Below, in pieces: positions 36,701 through 49,605 of a DNA stretch of 64,000 nt. The notes under the pieces are model-generated. The model did not search any database and was not told the origin of the DNA. It saw only the letters and a program-made list of their open reading frames with translations. Positions within the stretch are counted from its first letter, which is position 1, and each line of letters begins with the position of its first letter. Made by a program: the position numbers and the translations under genes. The stretch is from Hormiphora californensis (taxonomy: Eukaryota; Animalia; Ctenophora): assembly GCA_020137815.1 (NCBI GenBank), contig CM035353.1, positions 5,332,001 to 5,396,000 of the forward strand, in the 5' to 3' direction.

Positions 36701-39700
36701 AGATTTAGCTGAGGGCCTACCCGCTATCTCTTTCTTCATCTCTCCAATTCTCCCTGCCACTGTGTCGTATGGATTGACCAATGTATCACCTTCTCTTGGT
36801 GTCCGTGAAGATGTACTGGTGTGTTCTAGTCTCAAGGATGGGTGTATGTGACCTGACCCGAACCCTAGGGACTGAGATATGATCGAGCCTGAAGGGGTCT
36901 TATCTCTACCAATTGAAACTAACTCGTCAGCATCACTTCCTGTCAAAATCAGACTTTCCTCATCGCCAGCAACTAACGGCGCACCTGGTTTGGATATGAC
37001 TTCCTTCCTGAGCGTCTGGATTGTATCCTTCACATTCCCATACTCTCCTCCTTCCGTCACCTCGCTAGATCTCCGGTACTGAGTGATTTCTCTTGGTGAC
37101 GTTGGAATGTTTCCTGAATTCTGGTTACCTATATATTTCAACATTTCGTAACTGTCAGTCTTTAGTGACGGTGGGTCAAAGCTGTTAGATCGTGATATTG
37201 TAGAGTCCACTCTTTTTATTGTAACCAATTGGTCGATATCACTACCAGTTAGTAGCATGCTATCGTCTAACGGCTCTCCTGGTTTCACCTTCATTTCACG
37301 TTTTAGACCGCCAATCCTTTCCCGGATATTCCCATAAACTGGTACATGATCCTGTCTCTCTATGATAGTGATATCAGATGACTTGGTCACATTTCTATCA
37401 GATGACTTGGTCACAGTGATATCAGATGACTCTAGAGGTAACTCTTCCACCATAACCTCGTCAAGGTATTCGTGGAGGAATGATCGCTCTGTCCTGCTTA
37501 GAGAATCAACCTGTGATGAACCCTTGCTCAGCACACTGACAGGTCGTTTTACACTCTCCTGTTCCTCCAAAAAGTCCTCCAGCAGATCTTCAAATTCTTG
37601 GTGCTTGTGCCCCAGTAGTGTCTCTTGTATTCTCTCTCCAAATGCCAGCTTGGTCCGATCGCATTGTGAGGTGGTGAAGAGAAGGAAAATGAAGCTTTCG
37701 TTGGTTGATTCCATCATCACGTGCTCGTTGTACCATACAACATCCTGGAGAAGGGTGGAATATAGGAAATCATGGTCTATATTCGTGTCTTGGATGTCGT
37801 AGGGGAACATGGGGGGTATAACAGGTTCTTCGAATAATTCGTCAAGAGAAACGGGATCAAAGGGAAGAATTTCTTCCTCTTCTTCTTCCTTTTCTTCTTC
37901 CATTTCTTCTTCCTCTTTTTCTTCATGTTCCTCTTCTTCCTTTTCCTCTTCTTCTTCCTGTTCCTCTTCTTCTTTTGGCATCGATTCAGGTACTACATAG
38001 CTTCGAGCTGGTTCTTCGGTCAATGTTACCCCACTAGTATCTTCCTCCAAACCAAAATCAGTCTCTAAAATATCAGGACCAGTCTGATCTTGGCTACTGT
38101 TCAATGTATCCTGATTGTCTAATACTTCCGGGAAATCTGTCGAAACTTCTTTAACGATGTCTGCTGGCACTTCTGGTGCAAACTCTCTCATGAATATCTG
38201 ATCATCGTTGCCAGCTAAAGTTGAGCCATCAGAGTCCTGATCGTCAACATCTTCTTCAGTTTTAGAACCATGAGGCAATGATTGTGCCTCCTCCTCCTCT
38301 TGTTTTCTGTCTAGTACCAGGTTCAACACACTCTTTGCTCGCTGCACCACGGAGGCCTGCCTCTCAACGTGATCCTTGCTGATTTGTACCGGGGAGATAT
38401 TTTCTAGCTCAAATGTTTCATTTACCCAGTGTTTGTCATCCGATTCCTGGGAATTTACTCGGGAAATCTTTTCACTATCTATCATTTCACCGGTAAGATC
38501 CTCACTATTTGATAGTTCTTTAGTCGGACTCACTGCAGGGCTGCCGTCCACTACAGTTACCTCATCCATGTCTCCAGTTACAAATGATTTAATGGAAGGT
38601 TCTGAGCGGAAATAGACATGTGGTGATGCTCGCTGCTCAGACTCAATATCTCCTTCTTCTGTTTGATCCAATGGTTGATTTGCCAGCTCTTGTTGAAGAG
38701 ACGTGCCCAGTTCCTCGGGAAGATCAACTTCAGCTTCTTCTGCTGTCTCTGGTTCGGCAATGGCCAAGGGAAGTTGAATTGGATTTTCTGTCTCTGGTTC
38801 AACAATTGGCGTTGGTACTGCATCAATCTCAGGGTTTTCAACGATTTCAAATTCCTCTGGTTCCACAGCGGCTGGAGTAGTAGTTCGACTACCAAAATTG
38901 GAGTGTTCTTCGTCAGCTGGAAGTGACTCATTGACATCTAAATGGGGATGATCGTCCTCTTTTACCACTTCAACAGGTAGTTTCTACCTGTGCAGGCGTT
39001 TCAGCATCAGACTTATCAGACTTTGAAACAGATCCAATGTCACTCACAGGCGTTTCAGCATCAGACTTATCAGACTTTGAAGAGAGATTTAACATGCCGC
39101 TTACAGGCGTCAAAGCGTCATCAACTGCGGTACAAGGACAAAAGTTGGAAGCTGAAACTTTAGGGTGGAGATATTTCCGATGTGACTGGATCTTGGGCAC
39201 AGCATGTGCACCTGAAGAACCCTGTTTCCGTTCTAACTTCAAACTTGGGAGTTCGATGCCTCAGAAATAGTACCCTCATGGGTGACAACACGCGAAAACT
39301 GGAAAATCCAGGACCCTCAAAGCAGGGCTGTCTCTCTCGGACGGGAGGTTCAATTGAAATTTCAGTCAATGTAGGTGTTTCAACCACTGGTTCTGGTTCC
39401 GGTTCGGGCTCTGGTTCGGGCTCTGGTTCCGGTTCGGGCTCTGGCTCTTCTTCTTCGTCCGAGGTGTGTTTCCATCGTCTTCTAATAGTTCGGAGCGTGT
39501 CAAGGAGGTGAATCTGGTAATCACCGTCCAACGTTGGCGAGTCTGTTAGGTGGGTGCCGTACTCTGATTTGAACCAGTCTGCATCTGATCGTCGAGTAGC
39601 GAAGATATTTGCATGTTGGTTGATCTGTTTCGAGCGCTCTTTGTAGTCCACTTGTTCCATTGGCGGGGGCGTGGATACTAGAGAACTGTCTGTTTCATAT

Positions 39701-42700
39701 TCTGATGTAGACTCTTCTGAAGATGAATCTTCTGAAGATGAATCTTCCGCTGAAGAGGACTCTTCTGATGAAGATGAATCTTCCTCGCTAGATGATTCAG
39801 ATGTCAATTCTTCCTCGCTGGAATCTTGAGATGATGATGAACTTTCTGATTCAGAAGAACTGCTACTTTCTGCAGAGCTTTCTGATTCAGATGAGGAACT
39901 AGCCACATCAGATGAGCTAGGTTTAGCCACCTCAGCCACATGACCTGTGTTTACCTTCGCATGGTCAGTATCTTCAGTCTTCCTCACTATGGGGGCTACA
40001 TTTCCATCTGGAGGTGCGAGGGATAGTGTTGTCAAGTCGTCGGACAGCGACGAAATGGAGCTATCTGAGGTGAGAGAACTAATCCCGGATATGCTTGTCA
40101 GGCTTGATATGTCAGTATCACTGCCACTGTCATGTTTAGGGGGTAACATGGGTGCAAAGAGGCTCCTATCCTCTATCTCAATCTTTACTCGATCGTGTAA
40201 CACTTTTGGGACAAGCTCATTGACATACTTGTCATAATTTATTTCGGGAAGAGGTTCAGGCTCTGCATTTTTCTCAACATCCTCCTCCTTCTGCTTCTCA
40301 ATTCTTGCCTTAAGCAGAGCCCTTTCTTTCTTCCACTTCCTCGCACGTCGCCTGCTTCCCGTCCTTACGGACAGATCATCGTTGATCATTTCACTTAAAT
40401 CATCTTCCTCCCCCTCAGCCCAGACCTGCTCCAGCTTTCTCTCAAGTTTCTTAACCCTGTGCTCTAACTCAGCAATCTCGGAATCTTTTTCAGATTTCAT
40501 ATCTTCTCCCATATCCACTATGTCAGATAGATTATCTTCGGCGTCTTGGCAAAACTTGAGCGATCTATCTCTTTTTCTATGCTGTTTTTTGGGAGGTTTC
40601 TCAATTGTTGCTACAGTTGCTACGACTTGTTGGGATAGACCTTCTTCTTTGGATATTAATTGTTCCTCGAATGTTTCTGGAACTGGATTTGGGGATTCCT
40701 CGACTTCCTCTGAAACTGGTTTTGGGGGTTCCTCGACTTCCTCTGGAACTGGTTCATCTTTCTTTTCCGATTCTTCTTTCGGTGCATCAGTAAGAAGTAG
40801 AGGCGACTGGTCGTTATCTTTTGAATCGGACGGTGGTGGTTGTCCAGCCTCGTCTTGAGATGTTTCGTCTTGTTTCGCTTCTCCGGATTGCAAAATAGGT
40901 TCAGAAACTTTTCAGTGTCCAAAGTTTCACCTTTATCCTCTATCTTTGCAGCAGTTCCTAAGATCATACTGCTCTTGTGTTCCTCTTTTTAACTCGTTCA
41001 TTACTACTTTAGTTTCCAAACGTTTCTTCCGATACCTCTTCTTTAGCTTCGATCTTGAGGAAGATTTTGTAGATTTTAAATCGTCAATGATATCCGAACT
41101 CTCCTGCATCCTTCCCAGTTTTCAGTGCGTCAATAATCCGCCCTTCAATCCTATCCATGTGTTCTGTGTCACTTTCACTTGATTGAGTTTAGCAGTTGTC
41201 CTGTGTTGGTGCCTCTTACTTTTGTAGATCTTCAAATCTTTCTCCCCATCTTCCGAACCTTCAGCTGCTGCTGCCTCTGTCAGAAATCCAAAAGAAGGAA
41301 GCTTCAATTCCGGAAGCATTGACTCTTTCTGAGCATCTTTTCGCATATCGTAAAGCTTGCTTGACAGTCGTTGTTCCTGCCACTTCCCTGTAGCAATACT
41401 TTCTTCAGGAGGTGTCAAATATTCCTCATCCAGATCACCTTGTACAAACTTCTTTTCAACAACTCCAATCTTCTCATCCATCTCGGGATCGGATCCTTCC
41501 ACCTCGTCCTCTTTCGTCCACTCCTTTTGTCGCCGGTAAGTTTCCTTGATGAACTCACGCTGTGCTTTATAGTCTGTTTGTTTGTATGTTTCCTCATCGG
41601 ACCCATTATTCAAATCCAGCTGCCCTGTGTTCCTCCAAGACCTGCCGAGATCTTTCTCAAGTAGTTTAAATTTATCAACCGCGGGCCGTTCATCCTTGAT
41701 TTTAATCTTTTGTAATTTGTTATACTTTACGGGTTTTTCATCATCATACTGAGATCTATATGCCTGTAGAACCTCGAACCTCTTTGCACGCCAATACTCT
41801 TTTGGTGTCATTTTATTGTCATTTTTGTGCATCTTTTCAACTTTTTTCCACGCCTTCTCTGTCGCTAACATTGATTCGATTTGTACTATATTTCTTTCTA
41901 ACATTGGTGACTCCAGTTCCTCGCTCACGAATTTCTCTAAAGATTGTTTTAGACCATGTTGCATCGTGTGATGTAGTTCTTCGTATAGCCCGACCTACGT
42001 AGATTCATTTCCAGTTTAGTTCTAAACTCCTGCCTTCGCTTCCCTCGGAACTTTCTCATCGAGCAATTGGCGGATAAACCATTTAATCTGCAGATTCCGA
42101 TCGACATCAACTATCATTTTATCAACAGAATCAAGAGGGGAATCCACATCTTGACTGTCAATAAAACTATATACCGGCGGTTTAGCAGCAATTCTCTTCC
42201 CCAGGACGTCCGGTGTTCTGACTCTCTCCACACTTTTCTGCTTCTTAATCAACTTCTGGAGCTGGATTTGGGTGCCAGTCATCCAGTGGCCGATTAAGAA
42301 TCTTATCCAGCTTAGTCAACCCCGCTCTGGAGGGTGTTATCACTATCATCAGCTACCAGCATCCTGGTCGATAGGTAGCAGGTGCCTCATCATGCTCAGA
42401 GTGGATGATGGAAGGAACGTATTTCTTTTCTTTGTTACAGTCAGAACATATTTCACTACTCCCATTCGTGTTAACGTCTACCCCTCTTGTAACTTGAAGA
42501 GTGTGAATTGTTGGGGGCGGTGTTGATGGTGGTGTCTCCCCGAGAATCACTTCCTTAAACTTTTGCTTGAAATTATCCCATGGGCCAAGAGATTCTAAAC
42601 TTTTTTCACTTACGGCAACTTCGACAAACGTTCTCTCAATCTGAAGAGGTTTCTTCACATCCGCCCCTTCCTTCTTTAGGTTTTTTAGGTTTCTCGTATT

Positions 42701-45700
42701 TCTTAACCTTAATTTCGGACTGTTTTCTGGTACTTTCCCGGACATGCCGATCGTGCTGGAGACCTTGTCCCGAGGCAAGTTGATCAAACATATTGTCCTC
42801 CAGTTTTTCGAGGTTGAAGTCTTCTTTCTCGGTCACATCATCCGGGTCACTGATCCCCTGATCCTCGCTACTGACATCACCTCGTTTGTCGAGGGTGTCC
42901 TGGCGAAACAGCACCTTTCGAGCCGTTGGTTTAACCCCGAAGTCACGTCTCATCATCACCATGTAATCAATATCAGGAGTTACCTCCCTCGGCTTCGGAC
43001 TGGGAATCTTCTTTTCCTCTGCAACCATCTCACTGATAGTCTCAGGGATTTTAACTTCTACTTTTTGAGGAGGAGGGGGAGGTGAATCTGGTTTAACCTC
43101 CGGTTCTGGAGGTGGGATGAGTTCTCGGAGGGACAGATCATAGTCACTTTCACCAGGTTCAAAATCATGCCTCATAATGCTCTCAAAGTTTACCGTTGTT
43201 GTTGGTATAGTGGTTACATCACCTGCTGCAGTAGTGGTTTGATCTGTATCAGTGATATCATCAGTTTTCCAAGCTTTGGAAATCCGGTGCTCGAATTCAG
43301 CTACCTTTTTACCCACCTCATCTCGCGAGGGTTTTCTTTGATGTGAGGAGACCTTTTTAATTGGATCAACTTTTGATTGAGTCCAACTGATGTCAGCATT
43401 ATCAAGTTCGAAATCTTGCTTCATGGCTTTCATCATTGTATCTGTCTTACCTAATTCAGAGGATGAAGAGGATGAGGAAGAAGATGAAGAAGATGATGGA
43501 ACTTTATCTGTTAAAACCTGGGGAGTCGATATCTCGCTTTTGACGTAGGCGAACTTGTAGCTTCCCGAGTCTTGTGTTGACTCTTCTATAATCGGATCAG
43601 GGAGCTGCGCTGGCTTTGCGGCTCTTGTTCTGGGTTTATTCATATCTTCAAACCTGTCTCGTATTCTCCCAACGTTTTTTGGGCTTGGTTGTGCAGTCAC
43701 CGCAGGTTTAGTTTTCACCTCCTTGTACATTGGTTTTTCTCCCTGAAGGGCACTCTCAAATCTTTCAAAAAGAGTGTTTTCAGTCTCATCTGGTAGTTTG
43801 AAGGTGTGATCATGGAGGATTCTCCGGCGCTCTCGAGCGTAATCAATATCAGGTGAACGTATAAACTTCCTATCCTCTTTTATTTTGGTAACTGCACGGG
43901 GTTCAGCAACCGGTTTGGGACTGGCAGACAGTGGTGGAGTGGATACTTTTGATGTTTTCTTCTTCCCTGTCGACTTGCTGCTCTTCTCGCCTGGGTCTGG
44001 TAAATTGTCACTTTTGATTAGAAAGTGGCGGGGTTTGTTCTGAGCGGGGGTGAGAAGATGGGGAAGCATCACTTTTGATAGATAGTGGCGGGGTTTGTTT
44101 CAATACTTTAGTCCTCACTTAACACTTCTGGTCCTCCCCTTGCTTGATGGTTCAATGGACATTTGATCATCTTTTATTGACGTTGTTGGCGAATCGAAGC
44201 CAATCTTGTAACTTCTTCTCCAGATCTTGCTGTTCTTTCTGCCATTCCAACCCTGATCTCCTGCTGTCCCCTATCATGTGTTTTATTCTCACAGATCGAC
44301 CTTTCTTTCCCTTCGAGTCAGCCGGAGCTCTGGCGTCGTTTTCGCCTCTCTTTACTTCCTTTACTTGACCGAGTGGTTTCGACTGGGCCGGCTTTCTCAG
44401 CAGATTTTTTACCTTCTCGACTTGAGGAACGGTAAATTTTAGTATCCGTTTTTGGTTTAACGGTTTCTTTAGACTTCGAAGTACTTAAACCTTTGCTTCG
44501 TTCACCCCTTTTTGACTTCTTTTCGTGTTTTGAGTTACCACCACCGTCTAGCGTTTTTGAGCTTGATCTTTTAGGCCTTGGCGACACTTCCTCTTCGTCG
44601 GGCTTCGAGCTAGGCTTTTTAGAACGTTGAGACGATCGTTCCCCATCGATATTTGAGCTAGGTTTCTTAGAACGTCGTGACGCAGTCTCTCCGTCAGGCT
44701 TTGAGCTAGGTCTCTTAGAACGTTTAGACGATCGTTCCCCATCGATATTTGAGCTAGGTTTTTTAGAACGTCGTGACGCAGTCTCTCCATCAGGCTTTGA
44801 GCTAGGTTTCTTAGAACGTTTAGACGATCTTTCTCCATCAGGTTTTGAGCTAGGCTTTTTAGAACGTCGCGACGCAGTCTCTCCGTCAGGCTTCGAGCTA
44901 GGCTTTTTCGAACGTTTAGAAGATCGCTCCCCATCGATATTTGAGCTAGGCTTTTTAGAACGGCGTGACGCAGTCTCTCCATCAGGCTTTGAGCTAGGTT
45001 TCTTAGAACGTTTAGACGATCGTTCCCCATCGATATTTGAGCTAGGCTTTTTAGAACGTCGTGACGCAGTCTCTCCGTCAGGCTTCGAACTAGGTCTCTT
45101 AGAATGTTTAGACGATCTTTCTCCATCAGGTTTTGAGCTAGGCTTTTTAGAACGTCGTGACGCAGTCTCTCCTTCAGCCACCTTTGAATTAGATCTTTTA
45201 GACCGTCTCGAGGTAGTTTCTGGCCTAGACCTTGTTGATCTTTTAGATGGGTTATCATGGCCTGTATTTTGACTGGTCTCATCCCCTTTCGAGATGTTGA
45301 TCATCTTTTCGCCATTCTTTGAGGAAGACCTCTTTGATCGCCTGCTATCAACAGGATCCCCTGATTTTGATCTCCCCCTCTTTGACCGCTCTCCATCTTC
45401 TGGATTCTCACCAGCATTGATCTTCATTGATCTTGAACTCTCTCGTTTTGATCGATGCCGGCTATTATCGTCTTTAATGTTCCCTGCTGTCAGATCGTTG
45501 CTTGGCGGGCCATCTCGTTCTGAGCGTGACTTACTTCTTGACCGTGATTTCCTCTCATTATTAGCATCTTCTGATGTTTTTCGGGTCTTACTCCCATTTT
45601 CGCTCATATTGGCTTTAGAAGGTTCCGCCTTTCCATTAGATCTACTTTTCTCACTCTGGCCACTAGCACTTTTTGATTTTCGAAGTGAACGCTGATCTTT

Positions 45701-45790
45701 GCCCTGCTTCACAGTCTCAGATTTGTCACCCCGACCCGCTGGTGTCCCTGCTGCTAAATCACCGGTCCCGCCGGCATTCTTACTAGACAT
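30778..45790 (-). CDS. Giant (~4,000 aa) low-complexity, repeat-containing protein of unknown family; exons 45790-34153, 34057-33977, 33720-33703, 33646-33518, 33305-33158, 31112-30778; interrupted by ~20-25 +1 frameshifts
   Basis: Abutting minus-strand ORFs (490, 478, 144, 86, 280, 577, 90, 1647 aa) share S/E/K/D/P-rich composition, with no introns recognisable between them. Downstream GT-AG exons are all phase 1-1. Confidence 0.75.
31635..33115. mobile_element. Unclassified non-autonomous repeat element in the last intron of the giant gene
   Basis: Many tgcaagggca / tgcccttgca motifs in both orientations; duplicated gaagaacattccta..aagtttcaagtcgatattttaagcagaacggaaaata blocks; starts next to a (TA)n tract. 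Confidence 0.55.
34760..36250 (-). repeat. Coding tandem repeat, 180 bp / 60 aa (4 close copies ~35040-35740 plus diverged flanking copies)
   Basis: KSFS(D/E)NRKMKLSGIGKPITLDIGQQDDEATLYSVDSLPTEPIESKSRRTATE repeated within the 1647-aa ORF. Confidence 0.9.
44600..45175 (-). repeat. Coding tandem repeat, 48 bp / 16 aa (~12 copies, alternating A/B types)
   Basis: GETASRRSKKPSS(KP/NI)D alternating with GERSSKRSK(K/R)PSSKPD. Confidence 0.92.
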
Positions 45791-45865
45791 ATATTATCAG
45801 CAACCACAAAACATTAGTAAACTCGAGTACGGATCATGTCATAGTTTGCTTACTCCCACGGCTAC

Positions 45866-45869
<4 letters not shown>

Positions 45870-45941
<72 letters not shown>
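45870..45941. repeat. (CT)n microsatellite ~80 bp upstream of the giant gene ATG
   Basis: Direct reading. Confidence 0.95.
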
Positions 45942-45943
<2 letters not shown>

Positions 45944-46572
45944 GTCTACCTTAGCTCTGTTTGCCTGTTGTAGAGCTTACACAAATCTCAAATTGTAGAC
46001 ACTGCAAAAATTCCGTCCAGGAGGAAAACACGGTTTGTGGTAAATGTTCTGGCACAGAAATTTATAGGTATTATCCGTTCCTTCTACTTTTCGGGTGAGG
46101 GGGATCAGATCCCTATAATGTGATTCGAGGTCCTCGAATCGAGGACTTCGTCCATTCAAAAGGAAAGTGGGACATGTGACAAGCTTGGTATCATGTGATG
46201 CTGTCAAGTGTCAAATTCGTAATAGCAGCCGACAAAGGCGCATATAAATCCTTCGACCTTCAAGACTAAACAATATTTTTAAACATGTATACACTACCAT
46301 AAACTATAAACAATATTTCAGTCAATGACTAAATTATTTTGTCCAGCGCACCATCTTTCTTGTCGTTCTCGCATCTAAGTTTTTCTACAACACATCGGAT
46401 GCTGTAAAAAAGGCATCTTTCATATCCTGTATTTCTCGATCTTGAGATCCCTTTCTCCATCGCTGATCGCTCTCTCTATTTTTCTATTTTTCTATAGCTC
46501 GGTATAGAGTCCATATTTGTATTCCACATAATATATTTATTTCAAACAAATTAAAATCTATATTTCTCAGTT

Positions 46573-47322
46573 ATGCTTCTCCTCAAGCCCTTTTGGATCC
46601 ACGGCTCAGTGAGTTTCTGGGTGGCGTGTTGGCGGCAGAGGATCACTCCGACCGGCTGGAACCTGGGAACACCCCTCCACCTCCTTATCCTGCTTGCCAT
46701 CTCTGGTGTGTTCATCCGGCTAGAGCTGTGGGTAATAACCCGGAACATGTCCTGGGAGACCATGTTCTATCTGGAGGATATCCATCTCACCACCACGATA
46801 TCCGCCATTATCTCCATGTTCAGTCTGGTACATGTTGTGGTGGCACTGGGCAGCTACCTATTGTCAGTGTACCTCTACCAGAGATACGGAGTCGAGGCAG
46901 TGATTCGATCCTCCTTCATCGGGATGTCCATCTTCTTTGGAGGAGTGTGTCTCTTTCACGAGACCCTTCTTTACTCTGGAAGTAGAGAAGAATACTGGGC
47001 TGGAGTGCCTAAGTCTTCTTTCCTATCCACCCAGCGGTTCACTGATGGCTATTTGATCTTCTGTCTCCTCTTCGCTCCTGTCTTCTACGCCCTGGAACTG
47101 GGCCCAAACTGGGGAGCCCCTGATAGCGGGAAATTCACTATTGCCGTGCGCCGGGAGGCTGTTGGGCATGTTTTGGCTCTGTCTGCCCTTGCTCTTCTCA
47201 CTGGAGACCTGGTCAAGTTTGTCCTGATGTTTTGTGTCGTCTCGTCTAGCTACCTCCTGATTGTGGTACCCCTACAGTTGTGTTCCGAGGTAGGGAGCAA
47301 GGAACAAGAGAAATCAGAGTAA
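46573..47322 (+). CDS. Intronless multipass membrane protein, 249 aa, family not recognised
   Basis: Long ORF with roughly 6-7 hydrophobic segments and a charged C-terminus; acceptor-like tatttctcag just before the ATG. Confidence 0.7.
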   Translation: MLLLKPFWIHGSVSFWVACWRQRITPTGWNLGTPLHLLILLAISGVFIRLELWVITRNMSWETMFYLEDIHLTTTISAIISMFSLVHVVVALGSYLLSVYLYQRYGVEAVIRSSFIGMSIFFGGVCLFHETLLYSGSREEYWAGVPKSSFLSTQRFTDGYLIFCLLFAPVFYALELGPNWGAPDSGKFTIAVRREAVGHVLALSALALLTGDLVKFVLMFCVVSSSYLLIVVPLQLCSEVGSKEQEKSE

Positions 47323-48621
47323 TGTTATATAATGGGCAGAACCTCCGAGCATGAGCAAAAAGGAGCATGAGTAGTAACAAAAAATTGTGTGTGTCCTAAA
47401 TAATACAATTTAGTTGTGAAATATTGTTTGGTATCAATACACCACTAATACCCTGTGATCTCTCATACCATCTTACTTGAGTAACAGTCGTGCCTGAACC
47501 TCAGGTCAAGTGAGTGGCTATTCACCGAGATCTCAGTGACGGCCGTTCAAATTCGAAGCCTGATTTCTCAGAGCGCGCGATGTTAGCGATTTCAGGGAAT
47601 AGCCGTCACTGAACTCTGAAATCTCATATTTCAGTCGTAAACAGCCGTAAAAAAGGGGCACTTGACCTGAGGTTCAGGCATGATTGTTTTCCCCCACTGT
47701 CTCTGAGATCTGACCAGGCATGTAGGGAGACTTTGGGGGATACTGTTTGAAACACACTCACTAGGATCTCCTTCTTCCCCTCTCATACCTTCTGCTATTA
47801 CAAACTCAATGCCCCGGGACCATCTCGTAGAGCTCGGTCCGTAGCGTTAGTATACGGACCGCGCAAATCAATTGTCATTGTCGCCACCTTAGGGGAAACT
47901 CTAGCTGAATGGAGTTCCATTGCATAAGTTCCATCATCACCAAAACTCTAGCTTTTACGTATAGGGCACAGTGACATAAACAGCCGTTTAGAATGTAACG
48001 ATCAATGGATCATCTCCATGCCGTGAGTATCTCCAATGTAGCTATTAATAATATAATGGTGGGGGAGGGTGAATTAGCCGTTCCTGAATCTCAGGTTCTG
48101 GTGACGGCTTTTTACCCCTGAGACTTGAGATCTCAGGGCCATTCTTTGCTATCCTCTGAAAATTTCTTTAAAATCTCAATAGCCGTCACTGAACCAAAGA
48201 GTAAATAGCCGTGACCTATAGGAACCTGAGATTCAGGCACGACTATTTCCCCCAGTAGGTAAACATTTTCAATTAGATATCTTATCTTCTACGGAAGCGC
48301 TCATGAATAAGTGGGGCCGGGGTAAGATTTTGCGATGTTTCGAAAATGCCATAACTTCAGATGCGATTCCCGGACCTGGTGACATTTTTTAAACATTTTT
48401 ACATCTAATTTTTTGGATTACACGTAGAAAAGTCTCGGCTTCCAGACAATTGGTTGGTAGAAATAATGCTGATAAATTCATATAAATTGCTACACAATTG
48501 AATGGCACTAATAATTGTACAAAATATTTCGGTAAAAACCTATTCGTCCTGCAAATATATATGAATACTGAAGAAGTTCCAATTTGCCAAAACTGATGAT
48601 GTTATGTATAACAGTATGCAC

Positions 48622-48867
48622 TCAGTACTGGTAGTATTGTCCATGATAATGGTAGTCCCGATACCAATGATCATATGGTAGATGGTCATGGGGTGGTGGA
48701 GGGTAATGTCCCGGAGGTGGAGGGGGAGGATGGGGTGGTGGCGGTCTGCTAGCCTCAGCCATCGCCACACAGCACAACACGCACAGCATTACAATACAGT
48801 AAATGATAAGTGCTAGAAGGACAAGGAGAAGGATCGCTACTACGATGCTCCCTGCTGCGTGGGACAT
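48622..48867 (-). CDS. 81-aa single-pass membrane protein, juxtamembrane Cys, Pro/Tyr/His-rich tail
   Basis: IVVAILLLVLLALIIYCIVMLCVLCC followed by PPPPHPPPPPPGHYPPPP...YYQY. Confidence 0.7.
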   Translation of the reverse strand: MSHAAGSIVVAILLLVLLALIIYCIVMLCVLCCVAMAEASRPPPPHPPPPPPGHYPPPPHDHLPYDHWYRDYHYHGQYYQY

Positions 48868-49605
48868 GTCAGATGCAGAGTCTTTGAAGAAATATCAAAA
48901 TGTTACAGTCCTTGAAATTTGGAGTAGGTTAGTTGGAAGCTGGATCTCTACTGGTTTTAGAGGTTGTGGGTTTTCTTCTTTGCCCACTTCTTCACATGAT
49001 ACATGACCTACAGGGAAAGAAATAGAAGTCACTTATAGTCAGTGTCGGGTGGTTACAATTGCAACTCATCTAAATTAAAACGTAAACAAAATCCACATAA
49101 CTTTATTTTACAATAAGACTTTCTACTTTAAATATATATCGTAGGTTAATTCGACCTACAAAATCAAACACACATTATTATCAATTACAGTTGGACCCCG
49201 AATTACCGGGCCCCGATTTACCAGGAGGATAATATTCTCCCGAAATAGGAAATGAACAGTATTTGACCCCGATATACCGGGCACCCCGATTTACTGGGCA
49301 AAATCCTTTCCCCCGAGGATCCCGGTAAATCGGGGTTCGACTGTAATTTCGAAATATATCCGTTTCTTGGAAAAGATATGGCCAAATCTATTTCAACAGT
49401 TTCTAGTAAAAAGCCACCGAAAGAATTGAATCACTCGCTTTCAGAAACCTTATTTACTATGGCCGTGGTCTATAATATAGCTGCCCGTCTATATACCTAC
49501 CCGTACTACGATCAAATAGGCACAAATCTTGGTATGTTCTAACCCTCCTTTACATTGTAAAGGGGTGCGAAAAGAGAGGATCAATCAACTCAAATGGAGC
49601 TGCAG

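Noticed and set aside
38970-44440. Euplotes-style stop-codon-triggered +1 frameshifting as the sole explanation
   Set aside because: Several sites are codon-T-AA/GA, but at others the natural-looking frame switches well before the stop, and there is no constant slippery codon such as AAA.
38970-44440. Tiny introns explaining the frame changes
   Set aside because: No consistent GT...AG pairs or pyrimidine tracts at the switches; single-base removal suffices.
34095-45695. Many plus-strand ORFs over the giant gene
   Set aside because: Antisense shadows (S/L/F-rich) of the biased minus-strand coding sequence.
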